Shown piece by piece: positions 52,044 through 61,757 of a stretch of DNA of 64,000 bases (positions within the stretch are counted from its first letter, which is position 1; every line of letters begins with the position of its first letter). A program made the translations under genes and the position numbers. The notes under the pieces were generated by a model that worked only from the letters and a program-made list of their open reading frames with translations, searched no databases and was not told the origin of the DNA. Source of the stretch: Schizochytrium sp. TIO01. Its lineage: Eukaryota > Protista > Bigyra: Labyrinthulomycetes. The DNA is taken from contig SMSO01000033.1 in the NCBI GenBank assembly GCA_004764695.1, positions 682,001 to 746,000 of the forward strand. Direction: 5' to 3'.

Positions 52044-53456
52044 ATGGTCAATTCTCTGCAGAAATTTTCACAATCAAAACCATATCCGAATATATGCTTG
52101 GACAATATGATTCTCTCGAGTGAAGTGAACACCCTTGGCAAGACAATGGAGAACCAGGTCAGCTTCTGTAACAGGGAAGGCACTGAGGAAGAGGCAAAGG
52201 GCGTACTCGAAAGCACCTCGAAAATACTTCAATGGGTGTTCGCTCTGCTAATCCGCAAGATGGCCAGGACAGACAACGAAAGTTGTTCTGGTGCGCAAGC
52301 GCTGGAGGAACAAAGTTCAAAACAGAACTCAAACGACCCCTCCGCAAACTCTGGACGTAGCAATCTATCAGAACGTGCAACGCTAGAGAATGACTGGCAA
52401 AACCTTCCCGACAAGTTTAATCAAGCACTCAGGTACGTGATCTAATTTGTGTGTGCAAAATATGATAGAAAGAGAATATGTGGGACTGACCTTGATTGAA
52501 TCTGCGGCGATAATGACCAACTACAGATATGGCAGGTTGAAACTTATGACGAATGATGTAAAAGAAATATCGGAATCCCTGAAAATAGGCGGATCTCTTT
52601 ATGGACTCAAATATCTCTGGTAAGTTTTAAGGTGGAATCATGGCTGCTTGGTACATCTTTTTGGTTAATCATGATCATAGTGATGGCACCAGATTTGTTG
52701 TTACAAGTGCTCTTTGTGACCTTGAGTCTAACATGCTACTTTGATACAGGTTCTCGGGCAGTTTTGATCATAGTGATGCCAATCATGGTGAAATTGAGGA
52801 ATATATTAAAGACATTATTCGTTATGAGTTTTGCTCCTTGCAAGAGTTATAGTAAGTACACCATGCCCGTTTGATCTTGGATCCATCAATTAACATTCGA
52901 TCTCCTTTATTTTTTTGAGCAGTATACCGCATAACAGTTTTGACGATGAGTGTTGCGGAAGAATCAGGGAATGTATGCAGCAGCATAATATGTCTCTTCA
53001 TTATATGAAAATTGATGGGTTGTAAGTATAAACGAGCATATTAGTATATCTCTGTGCAATACCTGGGCAGGAATTATACTAACACTGATACTGCATTATT
53101 ATAATGCTGGTTTATAATGTAGTGATGGACTTATTGAGACCGACCTTGACTTGAACAAAAACAATCACATACTCAAAGAAACTCGTGATAAACTTCGTGA
53201 TCATCGAGCTGTACTCAAGCTATTAGAGACCATTTCTAAGAAATATCACATACCCGCAAAAAACCATGCCACCGACATTGTGCGCCACGAAGCCACATCA
53301 AGCGGTTGTGCTCAGTCATGTTTGAATGGTCGGGATAGGCGTATTGAAATACAAAGAAATCTAGAAAGAGAGGTTCAATTCCTGAAGGCACAATGTAAGA
53401 TTCTTCTGGATTCCTCCTTCTTTGGAGAGTACCTTTACAGCGAAGACTTACTGTAA
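52044..53456 (+). CDS. Spliced RI-type (ribonuclease-inhibitor/NLRC3-like) leucine-rich-repeat protein, ~338 aa; exons 52044-52432, 52527-52619, 52750-52851, 52923-53021, 53123-53456
   Basis: Four GT-AG introns of 94, 130, 71 and 101 bp. Donors GTACGT, GTAAGT x3. Branch-like ACTGAC 52485, TCTAAC 52727, ATTAAC 52889, TACTAAC 53077. Splicing joins two separate track ORFs (52044.., 53151..) into one open frame: ...QALRYGRLKLMTNDVKEISESLKIGGSLYGLKYLWFSGSFDHSDANHGEIEEYIKDIIRYEFCSLQELYIPHNSFDDECCGRIRECMQQHNMSLHYMKIDGFDGLIETDLDLNKNNH... The 5' end is uncertain (possible upstream exon ending at donor 51904). Confidence 0.8.
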
Positions 53457-55299
53457 AACCAAAAGGAGTGAAAAACCATCGTGCTCTTGTTTAGTCTGTT
53501 CAGTTCAAATCCGCATAGCTGTCTTAACATCGACTCTTGCCTCGTTACACGCTAACAAGATCAGCATTTTAATACAACAACAATGTTTTTATTTTTACTT
53601 CTGTTGATAGTTTAACGTTTCCCTTTTAAAGTCAAATATGTAAAAGCCCACACTTAAGTATGAATAGTAAATAGATTACACAACCCTAGAATCTTCAAAG
53701 AGATGACCAATTCTGGTGATTTTTCCTTAATTTTTTTCATCACACAAAACGTTTGCGTTTTGATCCATTTTACTTAGCATATGTTTCATTATGATTGATC
53801 ATCTTCTTATGAACATTTCAAGATTGAGTTGCATCCAGCAGCACTTTAATTATGCAAACAAGAGAATAGCTGTACTTACCCATACCTTGTTGAAGTATTT
53901 GAACAGCCAGTACTTCCAAAGTTGGTACAGAACAGGTAATGTATAGCTTGAGTTAGAGAATACCAAAATCGATTGCTCTTTAAGACTATGTATCTATAGA
54001 TATTTTGCTTTTTCGTAGCCGTACTACTGGTTGAATGTTAATTATCAAAACAACAAAAATATCTTGAAGCAGTTTTGATGCCACTACTACTCCAATTGCA
54101 ACAGTAATTATCAGAAACAAACGGTCTTTGGTACACTATCAAAAAAAAGATTTGTCTCGTCCCATCTCACCAATATTGCTAGCAACGCTGATGGGGATGA
54201 TCTACTGTCTTATCTGAGCTCTTGGCTCTGCCATTTTCTTAAATATAAATTATAATTCTACAGGTTGTAATTTGTACAGAATTATACATAACATGTTCGA
54301 CTATTTTTTTTGCATACCTTCGACTTGGAAATGAAGCTAATACCACAAAGATTATATCTTTAACAAAGATAAAATAAAACATCCACTCCATCATTAGCTT
54401 GAGAAGCTTTAGTTAATTAGTGTTATGAGCATAGTGGTAGTGAAAAGGATTAGTCATTCCTTATATGATGGTTTTTTTATACGAGTCTCGTATTGTTTTA
54501 CCTAGCTCTTTAAAAACCTGCATTCCCGGTTTGGAGACACAAATATCATTATCCATAAGGTAGAAGATCAGACTCTATCGAAACAAGGTATGCTTCGTAT
54601 TGTCATGCTGCAAGGTTCATCTTCTGTCAATGATGTAAAGAATTCGCGAAGTCATTTTACCTCATCACTAAGAATGTATCTTTAATTTCACCCATCAATG
54701 CGAGGTTCCACCTACCATGTTACTGGCATTGTGAAAGTATATCTTCATTCAAGAACTAACTCTCCTTCCTCAAATATTGTTAGGTTCATTAAATAATCAT
54801 TCAACCCCTAATAATAATAATCAACAGTAGGTAAAATCCCTAAGAATGTCAACACTAAGGATAATATGTAACGGCCAAATTGGTTTAGGACTGTAAGTAC
54901 TAATTCAATGATGTATTTAGATGAAGAAAATCCCAAGCGAGGAAAGATGAAGTCCTCAGGAGCCGCTCACAGTGCCAGGCCCAATCTGACCTACAAAGCA
55001 GATTCGAAATGAAATATATCCAGTGCTATCTCGCCAGCAGCTGCAAAAACCTGCCTAGTAAGTCGCACGAGTCTGGGCAAACGCACAAATCAACAGAAAG
55101 TAGAAACAAAACTTTGTCGATAATTGAAGTTGTCCTGAGCAAGAATAAGGTATGAGCTTGCAAGAACCCCTCACAGCGTCCATTAGCAAGAACATCACTC
55201 TACTTTTGTTTCGGAAACCAGAGGGCAAAAAAGAGCAGGACTCGGCAGTTCACTGGCAATAAGAAACAACAACGGCAACAAAGCAAGCGTCTTGTAAAG

Positions 55300-58200
55300 A
55301 TGGGATCTGGGAACACCAAATTGCTCTCCGAGCAGAACGATGAACAAGCCAATACCTCGCAGCTTCGCAACAAGAGCCACGAGTTCAACGTGTCAAAACT
55401 GAACACGAAAGGTGAACTGAAAGTGGAAAGCCTCATGCCATCCCCTGTGAACTCTCCTGATGCGCAAGCTTCTACCTCACAAGGACATAACGAATTCTCA
55501 GAGAATAAAGTGAGCGAAGATTATGCTCCTGCAGATACTCAATCAAACTATAATGCTCAAACAAACATTACTAAGCGCGCGGAAGTTGAAGAAAACCTAA
55601 CTGATGGAATGAAAGTCGAAAGCTTTTGTGGCCAAGGTGAAGATAACTCCAACTCATTCTCGTCTCCTCCTTCAACTAGTCGTCATCCAGAGGAAAGCAA
55701 GGATCAAAGTAATTCTTTACAGGAACAACGCATGAACAACAATGACAGAAGTGAAGAGAAGGAAGAGGAGCTCACAATGCGATCAGACATTGGACAAAAC
55801 CCTGTTGATGGATTGAACGAAGGATTTGGTGGCCAAGATGAAGATAACTGTAGCTCGTCTCCTCTTTCAAATAGCCCTCGTCCAGAGGAAAGCAAGGATC
55901 ATAGCAGTTTTCTTCATGAGCAAGGTGCGAGCATCACAGAAAGCAGTGAAAGAAAAGTTGATGGGCATGGAGACGAAGAAAAGGATACTGATTATCCAAC
56001 ATCAATTCTGAAGAAGAAAATTCTTGAGCAGTTTGATCAATGCGCAAGTTTAATTGAAAAATGCGAATCATGGACCCCTAAAGATCGGAGCCGATTCTTG
56101 GAACTCATGAATGACGAGGGCATGGATCATGTAATTGATGCAAAAGATAGTTTCGGAAACACTTTATTACTCCTTGCTTGCAATGGGCAACAAATTGATA
56201 TTGTTCAAATGCTAATTCGTCGAGGAGCAAGTCTTGACGAACAGAATGAGGCGGGATTTACTGCTTTACACTATTGCTGTGCACCAGGAGCAGATGTTCA
56301 GCATGCCCGAAGGCTAGTACTAGCTAAAATGCTTCTTAAAGCAGGTGCAAATCCAAGCTTACCTGAAAAATCGGCAGGATGTACTCCTCTACACTACGCG
56401 GCTGCACATAATAATATCGCAATGTGCAACGAACTCTTAGAAAATGGTGCATTGATTACAACAAGGTGCACTAATGGGTCTCTCGCGGAGGCATATGCTC
56501 GTGCATCTGGTCATAACCAGCTCGCAGATGTATTACACGAAAGATTGAAAGCTTCAATGTCGCTTGAGATGAAAGCACGCGTAGCCAGACGTGGAGGAGA
56601 CGGAAACCACGGATGGCAAAAACTTCAAGACGCTGAAACAGGTCGATGCTTCTATTATAATAACTTTACCGGAAAGAGTACATGGGACCGTCCCCTTGAA
56701 ATGGACTCGTTTTCTTTCTCCTCAGGGAGTTTCGAGGCTGGTCCACCACGCGAGGGCTCCAACCCTATAATTCAAAAGTCAATTCCCAGGCCGCCCCAAA
56801 AGAGACGCGATACCGTAGAAGTCGAACTCGAAAATCAACGAGAACGCGAGCGTGAAGCAAGAGTCAAAGCAGAATCCGAACGGGAAGCATTGCGGCGACA
56901 ACTTGAGCAGATGCAAGATCGTTTTAAGGAAATGCAATTAAATTTGGAACGAGAAGCCCATCATGCAGCTGAAATGACACGAGTAGCTCAAGAAAATGAC
57001 GCACGATTTGCGCAGGAGCTTTCGATGCTTCAACGTGACCTAGAGGATAAGCGTGCCAACGAGGAAGAATCTAAACGTCAAATTGAACGCCTTAAAGTGC
57101 ACTTCGAAGCAACCAAAAGACAGGATATCCAAAGACTCAAAGAGCAGTATGAGAAAAGTCGAGAAGAAGAAAGAGCTCAACAGGAGCAACAAAGAGCAGA
57201 GGAGCGGGAGCAACACCAACGGGAATTGGAAGCACGTATGGAAGAGTTGCAAAAGGTTGAACAGCAACTTGCAAAAGAGTTACGAGAGAAAAAGCAGTAC
57301 TACAACGAGATTGAGGAGCTCAAGGGTGCAATTCGTGTCTGTGCCAGAATTCGTCCGCTCAATCAAAAAGAGATCGAGAGAGGTTGTACTAGCGTTGCTG
57401 AAGTTCTGGGAAATAGCGTACGGATTACGCATGCAAGAGTTGATAAATCAGGAGAGAAAACAGTTTCTAAAATGTGGACCTTTGACAAAGTACTGGGTCC
57501 GCACAAAAGCCAAGAAGATGTTTTTGAAGATACTGAGCGCCTTGTACAAAGTGCACTTGATGGGTATAATATATGCATATTTGCATATGGACAGACAGGA
57601 GCTGGAAAAACACATACAATGTCTGGATCTCCCTCAGACCCTGGTATCTATCCCCGTGCTATACGGAAGCTATTCACAGCAATGCGTGAGCAAAGGGATG
57701 TGACAACTTTCTCAATCGAGCTTTATATGTGTGAGCTTCATCTAGATTCTCTTGTGGACCTTCTGGATGACAAAGCAACTCGCTCGGACTCATTAACAGT
57801 GAAAAAGGATCAGTTCGGTGTTGTCTACGTGGAAAACATCACCGTTGTACCTATTGAATCTGAGGAAGAACTGCTCCAGCGTGTATTGATGGGAGAAATG
57901 CGTCGTAGCACAGATTCGACATTAATGAATGACGAGTCGTCCCGATCCCATCTTGTCATCTCGGTTATCGTGAAAAGTGAGTCGAAAGTTACTCAGGAGA
58001 TTACGTCTGGAAAGCTTACTTTTGTTGATTTGGCAGGGTCAGAGAGAGTTCAAAAGTCAGGCGCTGAGGGCCAAACTTTTAAAGAAGCAACTTCGATCAA
58101 CAAGGCACTCAGTGCCCTCGGAGAAGTCATCAATGCTCTCTCGACAAACGCAAAACACATTCCTTACAGAAATAATCCTCTAACCCAACTCATGTCAGAT

Positions 58201-58437
58201 TCCCTTGGTGGCAATGCGAAAACACTGATGATCGTCAATGTTTCTCCTGCTGACTACAACGCCCAAGAATCAATCGCATCTCTAAACTTTGCTTCTCGAT
58301 GCAAAACTGTGAAAAATGCAGCGTCCAAGGGTTTTGAAACCCAAGAGCTTGCTGCTTTACGCAAGGAGATTGCAAAACTTCGTCTCGCAAATAAAGCGAA
58401 TCTACCTCATTCGTCATCCCCACAACTTGCACTATAA
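55300..58437 (+). CDS. Kinesin-14 (KCBP-like C-terminal motor) with ankyrin repeats, WW domain and coiled coil
   Basis: 1045 aa. Ankyrin repeats GNTLLLLAC / GFTALHYCC / GCTPLHYAA (~56140-56520). WW domain GWQKLQDAETGRCFYYNNFTGKSTWDRP (~56610-56697). Coiled coil (~56830-57320). Kinesin-14 neck YNEIEELKGAIRVCARIRP, P-loop AYGQTGAGKT, NDESSRSH, DLAGSER, HIPYRN, DSLGGNAKT. Confidence 0.95.
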   Translation: MGSGNTKLLSEQNDEQANTSQLRNKSHEFNVSKLNTKGELKVESLMPSPVNSPDAQASTSQGHNEFSENKVSEDYAPADTQSNYNAQTNITKRAEVEENLTDGMKVESFCGQGEDNSNSFSSPPSTSRHPEESKDQSNSLQEQRMNNNDRSEEKEEELTMRSDIGQNPVDGLNEGFGGQDEDNCSSSPLSNSPRPEESKDHSSFLHEQGASITESSERKVDGHGDEEKDTDYPTSILKKKILEQFDQCASLIEKCESWTPKDRSRFLELMNDEGMDHVIDAKDSFGNTLLLLACNGQQIDIVQMLIRRGASLDEQNEAGFTALHYCCAPGADVQHARRLVLAKMLLKAGANPSLPEKSAGCTPLHYAAAHNNIAMCNELLENGALITTRCTNGSLAEAYARASGHNQLADVLHERLKASMSLEMKARVARRGGDGNHGWQKLQDAETGRCFYYNNFTGKSTWDRPLEMDSFSFSSGSFEAGPPREGSNPIIQKSIPRPPQKRRDTVEVELENQREREREARVKAESEREALRRQLEQMQDRFKEMQLNLEREAHHAAEMTRVAQENDARFAQELSMLQRDLEDKRANEEESKRQIERLKVHFEATKRQDIQRLKEQYEKSREEERAQQEQQRAEEREQHQRELEARMEELQKVEQQLAKELREKKQYYNEIEELKGAIRVCARIRPLNQKEIERGCTSVAEVLGNSVRITHARVDKSGEKTVSKMWTFDKVLGPHKSQEDVFEDTERLVQSALDGYNICIFAYGQTGAGKTHTMSGSPSDPGIYPRAIRKLFTAMREQRDVTTFSIELYMCELHLDSLVDLLDDKATRSDSLTVKKDQFGVVYVENITVVPIESEEELLQRVLMGEMRRSTDSTLMNDESSRSHLVISVIVKSESKVTQEITSGKLTFVDLAGSERVQKSGAEGQTFKEATSINKALSALGEVINALSTNAKHIPYRNNPLTQLMSDSLGGNAKTLMIVNVSPADYNAQESIASLNFASRCKTVKNAASKGFETQELAALRKEIAKLRLANKANLPHSSSPQLAL

Positions 58438-58689
58438 ACAGGAATCTACTCTAAGGAATACTTCAATTGTCTAATGAGACAATCCAAATTGATTACTATC
58501 TAGTTTATCAAAATAATATTATTCTTGCTTCCAAGGAGCTATCCGAATGTCCTTTATAGAAAGAGGCATTGTACAATAGCTTCCATGACATATTAATGTG
58601 GCATAATTTACATTCATGAGGCTGATGTGGCTTTCAACGACTCAGGTGAACAGCTGAAAATTTTGCACAGTAAGTTGTTCGTTATCGCT

Positions 58690-59331
58690 TCAGTCGTCGC
58701 CTCCAGCGTCGTCAAAGTTTCCCTTCACCTCCTTTAACAAGTTTTCGTAAGCTTGACTGAGAACTACCAAATCCTGAAGCTTGTTTGCAAGCTCAGTTTT
58801 TAATGCACCTTCCCGGGCAACGCTTCTATTAATCTCAACACTTAGACGTTGTACTGCAGATTGATGCTCTTTATTCAGCCGGTGCATTTCATGCTCGTGC
58901 GCAGCCCGAATTTCCTTGAATCTTCGGGAAAATTCTTTGGTTAATCGAGATGTTTGGGCATTTACCGTGGACTCAAGAATTTGTTTGTGCTCTTCTAAAC
59001 TCAATGTGGGCTTGATTTCGTCTGAGTTTGCAAGCCATGGTTGTTGAAACGGCTTCGGCTGGACTGCTCTCGAAGATCGACAGTCACTGAAACCCATAGA
59101 ATATTGCTCCAATACTTGCATCCTATCTCTCAGCCTCCATGCACTTTCTTCTTCATCCATAGGCTCCACAGACCGTGCTGTCAAAACTGAAGGGCCCTGC
59201 TTTAGACTGTTCAAAACGCTGTCCTCCGCCCCACCATCACTCCTGGCGCTTGGTGAACCTATAACCTGTCTACGTCCAGGAAATTTTCTCCCATTGCCAG
59301 GCGGTCTAGACGTCCAGTGGTAGCCCGACAT
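58690..59331 (-). CDS. Hypothetical protein with C-terminal coiled coil
   Basis: Track ORF 58690..59355, first ATG at 59331 (MSGYHW...). Heptad-like C-terminal half (LEEHKQILES...LSQAYENLLKEV). Confidence 0.7.
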   Translation of the reverse strand: MSGYHWTSRPPGNGRKFPGRRQVIGSPSARSDGGAEDSVLNSLKQGPSVLTARSVEPMDEEESAWRLRDRMQVLEQYSMGFSDCRSSRAVQPKPFQQPWLANSDEIKPTLSLEEHKQILESTVNAQTSRLTKEFSRRFKEIRAAHEHEMHRLNKEHQSAVQRLSVEINRSVAREGALKTELANKLQDLVVLSQAYENLLKEVKGNFDDAGGDD

Positions 59332-60210
59332 GATCCATTTGAGAATCTGCCACACAATCTCAGCGCAAACGTGCTAGACTTCAGGACCTCACGCGCTTAC
59401 GCTTACGTACCTTTTCCAATCCATTCCATTGTTCGAAGTTCCTGCACGGTGTGTACTCGAAGCTCGTTCCCACAGATGTGTTTATAATACCACATACATC
59501 AGAGATATCTTTGTTATAACTAACAACTTAAGTACATAGTGATTCGTAAACGCTATAAAGAAAAGATAGGACTAGGTTGCTCTAGTGTCACCTCTGATGC
59601 ACGATTTGTGGTGATTGTTACAAATTCAGTTTTTGGTTCAAGTTTAGAAAACAATAAATAATTATTAAAAACAAAAGAAGATAAATCTTAGATCCACTGG
59701 TTTTTTCGCAATGGTAAAAGTTAATATATAAAGAAAGGGTGCTCGTAATGTCAGTGCTTGCGAAAGTACCTCCTGTTGGTCAACATCACATTTGTATAGG
59801 ATATATTGTTTTAATTGAAGACAATCATGTCTTCTATTTGGACAAAGAACCACAATGACACGCGAGACTAGAGCTTGGAAGCACTAGAATGAACAACCAA
59901 GAAATGTCAGTTGCGCTGAATTTAAGGAGCTCCAATGTACTAACTTGATTCATGGACATTCAGCAAAGAGGTTTCAACGTGATAATATCTGGTACTTAAA
60001 TTTGACATTTTAATTTTATTTATGCAACTTGAAATATGAGTAATTAGCAAGCAACATCATCTAAGCAGCCTATAAAAAAAAAGGCTCGGGGTTTAAATTA
60101 AACATGAAGCACTGAAAGGCTTTGACTATGAGTTCTGGCAGACTCGTTTATGGCTTTAAACACACAAACTCCATTTTCCAGCATAACCTTAATTGAGGAA
60201 TTGCTTGAGT

Positions 60211-61152
60211 TTATGATGTTTCATTTTCTCCACGCTCCAAGCGTGGACCCTCACCATGCATCACTTCGTTATTCGTGCGTTCAGAGCCTACGCGGTCTTG
60301 CTGCTGCTGGCGTCTTCGGTCCAGTTCAAGGTAGTAGTTAGTGATCGCATAAGGCATAGCCTTTCCTATTCCATACCCGATTGAAAGCAAAAGCAAAATC
60401 CCGATCACCCAATTCCGGAGCGTGCGGAATTTAGCCATCGGGTCTACCCTCTTCATGAATTGTCCTGGCATCTTTCGTGCATTGTCCACCCTTGTTGACA
60501 CAGCCTGTTGTGCCTGCGAGAACGCCTTGTCACTTGATGTCCGAGCTTCGTTTTTAAGACGTTCAGCTCCCTGCGCACCGGCAGACTTTGCCCGTGCGGA
60601 CCATTCAGAAATGGTTGAGCTAGCCTTTGCACGTGCAGCTTCTGAGTACTTTGAAGCAGAAACGATTGATTCGCGTTGCGCTTCTTCGGCCCTGCGACGT
60701 GCAGAGTCAGCAAGGCGTGATGCTGTGGACATAGAGCCTCGCTTAGCCTCTTCGGCTTTGCGTCGGGCAGCCTCTGTTAACTTTGAGGCAGAGATCATCG
60801 AATTTTTTTGTGTTTCTTCGGCTTTGCGACGTGCTGCTTCGGTGAAGCGATTTGCTGTTGCGCGAGATTCGTTGTGCAGATTCTCGGCACGTTTAGAGAG
60901 CTCCTCTCGGGCACGCTTTGCCTGCGCATTTGCAGATTCCTTTAAAGTTGACTGCACGTCGCTCACAGCCTTCTCTGCACGTCCCCGGAGTCCGCTGATA
61001 AGGCTCCAGCCAGACCCGTTCTTCTCCGAGGAAGAGCTTAATTGCCGGCACCAGCCACTAGTCTGGACATTGTGCACCGGTGTCGAAGGCAACAGAGACA
61101 AAACCCTGGAAGAGTGCCCCGAAAGTCTTGCTCGCACCAGCGCAACCCTCAT
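60211..61152 (-). CDS. LEA-like 22-mer repeat protein with predicted mitochondrial presequence and C-terminal transmembrane helix
   Basis: First ATG at 61152: MRVALVRARLSGHSSRVLSLL...WCRQLSSSSEK (R/S/L-rich, no acidic residues, R-x-L-S-S cleavage-like motif). Four 22-aa A/K/R/E-rich repeats. Hydrophobic WVIGILLLLSIGYGIGKAMPYAI near the C-terminus. Confidence 0.75.
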   Translation of the reverse strand: MRVALVRARLSGHSSRVLSLLPSTPVHNVQTSGWCRQLSSSSEKNGSGWSLISGLRGRAEKAVSDVQSTLKESANAQAKRAREELSKRAENLHNESRATANRFTEAARRKAEETQKNSMISASKLTEAARRKAEEAKRGSMSTASRLADSARRRAEEAQRESIVSASKYSEAARAKASSTISEWSARAKSAGAQGAERLKNEARTSSDKAFSQAQQAVSTRVDNARKMPGQFMKRVDPMAKFRTLRNWVIGILLLLSIGYGIGKAMPYAITNYYLELDRRRQQQQDRVGSERTNNEVMHGEGPRLERGENETS

Positions 61153-61237
61153 TGACGCCAAAGTCTTACGCGAGGCGCGTTCCAATCGGAGTCTGCTGCG
61201 CCCTTGCCAGCCCTGAAGAAACTCCCTCCGGTAAGAG

Positions 61238-61312
61238 CCGTCAACCTGCGGGTTACCTTGCGGGTTACCTTTTTGTGTACTAGTGAGGTTTGGGGACCCT
61301 TCGGGGACCCCT
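61238..61312. promoter_or_regulatory. Tandem motif pairs in the divergent promoter between the 61152(-) and 61758(+) genes
   Basis: TGCGGGTTACCT x2 (61247-61270) and GGGGACCC x2 (61292-61310). The regulatory role is inferred from position only. Confidence 0.35.
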
Positions 61313-61757
61313 GTAAAACGGCCGCGGGAAAAAAGTAGCTTTTTAAGACTTAGATTTGTATGTAGCTTATAAAAGCATTAAAATCGCTAATAAAATAAAC
61401 AGTTTGTCGATAAAGGAGCAGCATATCTAGTACATTTGGGCTAGGTTTGGTGTGCTCGGGTAGCGTGCCTTGGAGGGGCTTGGCGCTCTCGACAGAGCTT
61501 GCCGGTGTTGACTGTTTGTTGTGGATGGCAGGTGAAGGGCCAAAATTTCAGTAGACTTCTGCTTTGGATTCTTGCGTTTTGGCAAGATTGTGTTTTAGCA
61601 AGGAAAGTCTAGTGTGTTGCCAAACATAGTATACTTTGACAACGGCGAGAGTACCGTCAACACCGTCGACGGGCAAACATTGCGGCGTTCTTAGAACCAA
61701 CTCTTGCTGACACAGTTAGTTCGTGTAGTAGCAGTGGACTGTGACACAAAAAATACA

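Noticed and set aside
52632-52874. 80-aa hydrophobic plus-strand ORF
   Set aside because: It spans intron 2 and exon 3 of the LRR gene in a different frame and is better explained by the spliced model.
60422-61216. 264-aa plus-strand ORF
   Set aside because: Antisense mirror of the Ala/Arg/Glu-rich LEA-like repeat gene, with a non-ATG start.
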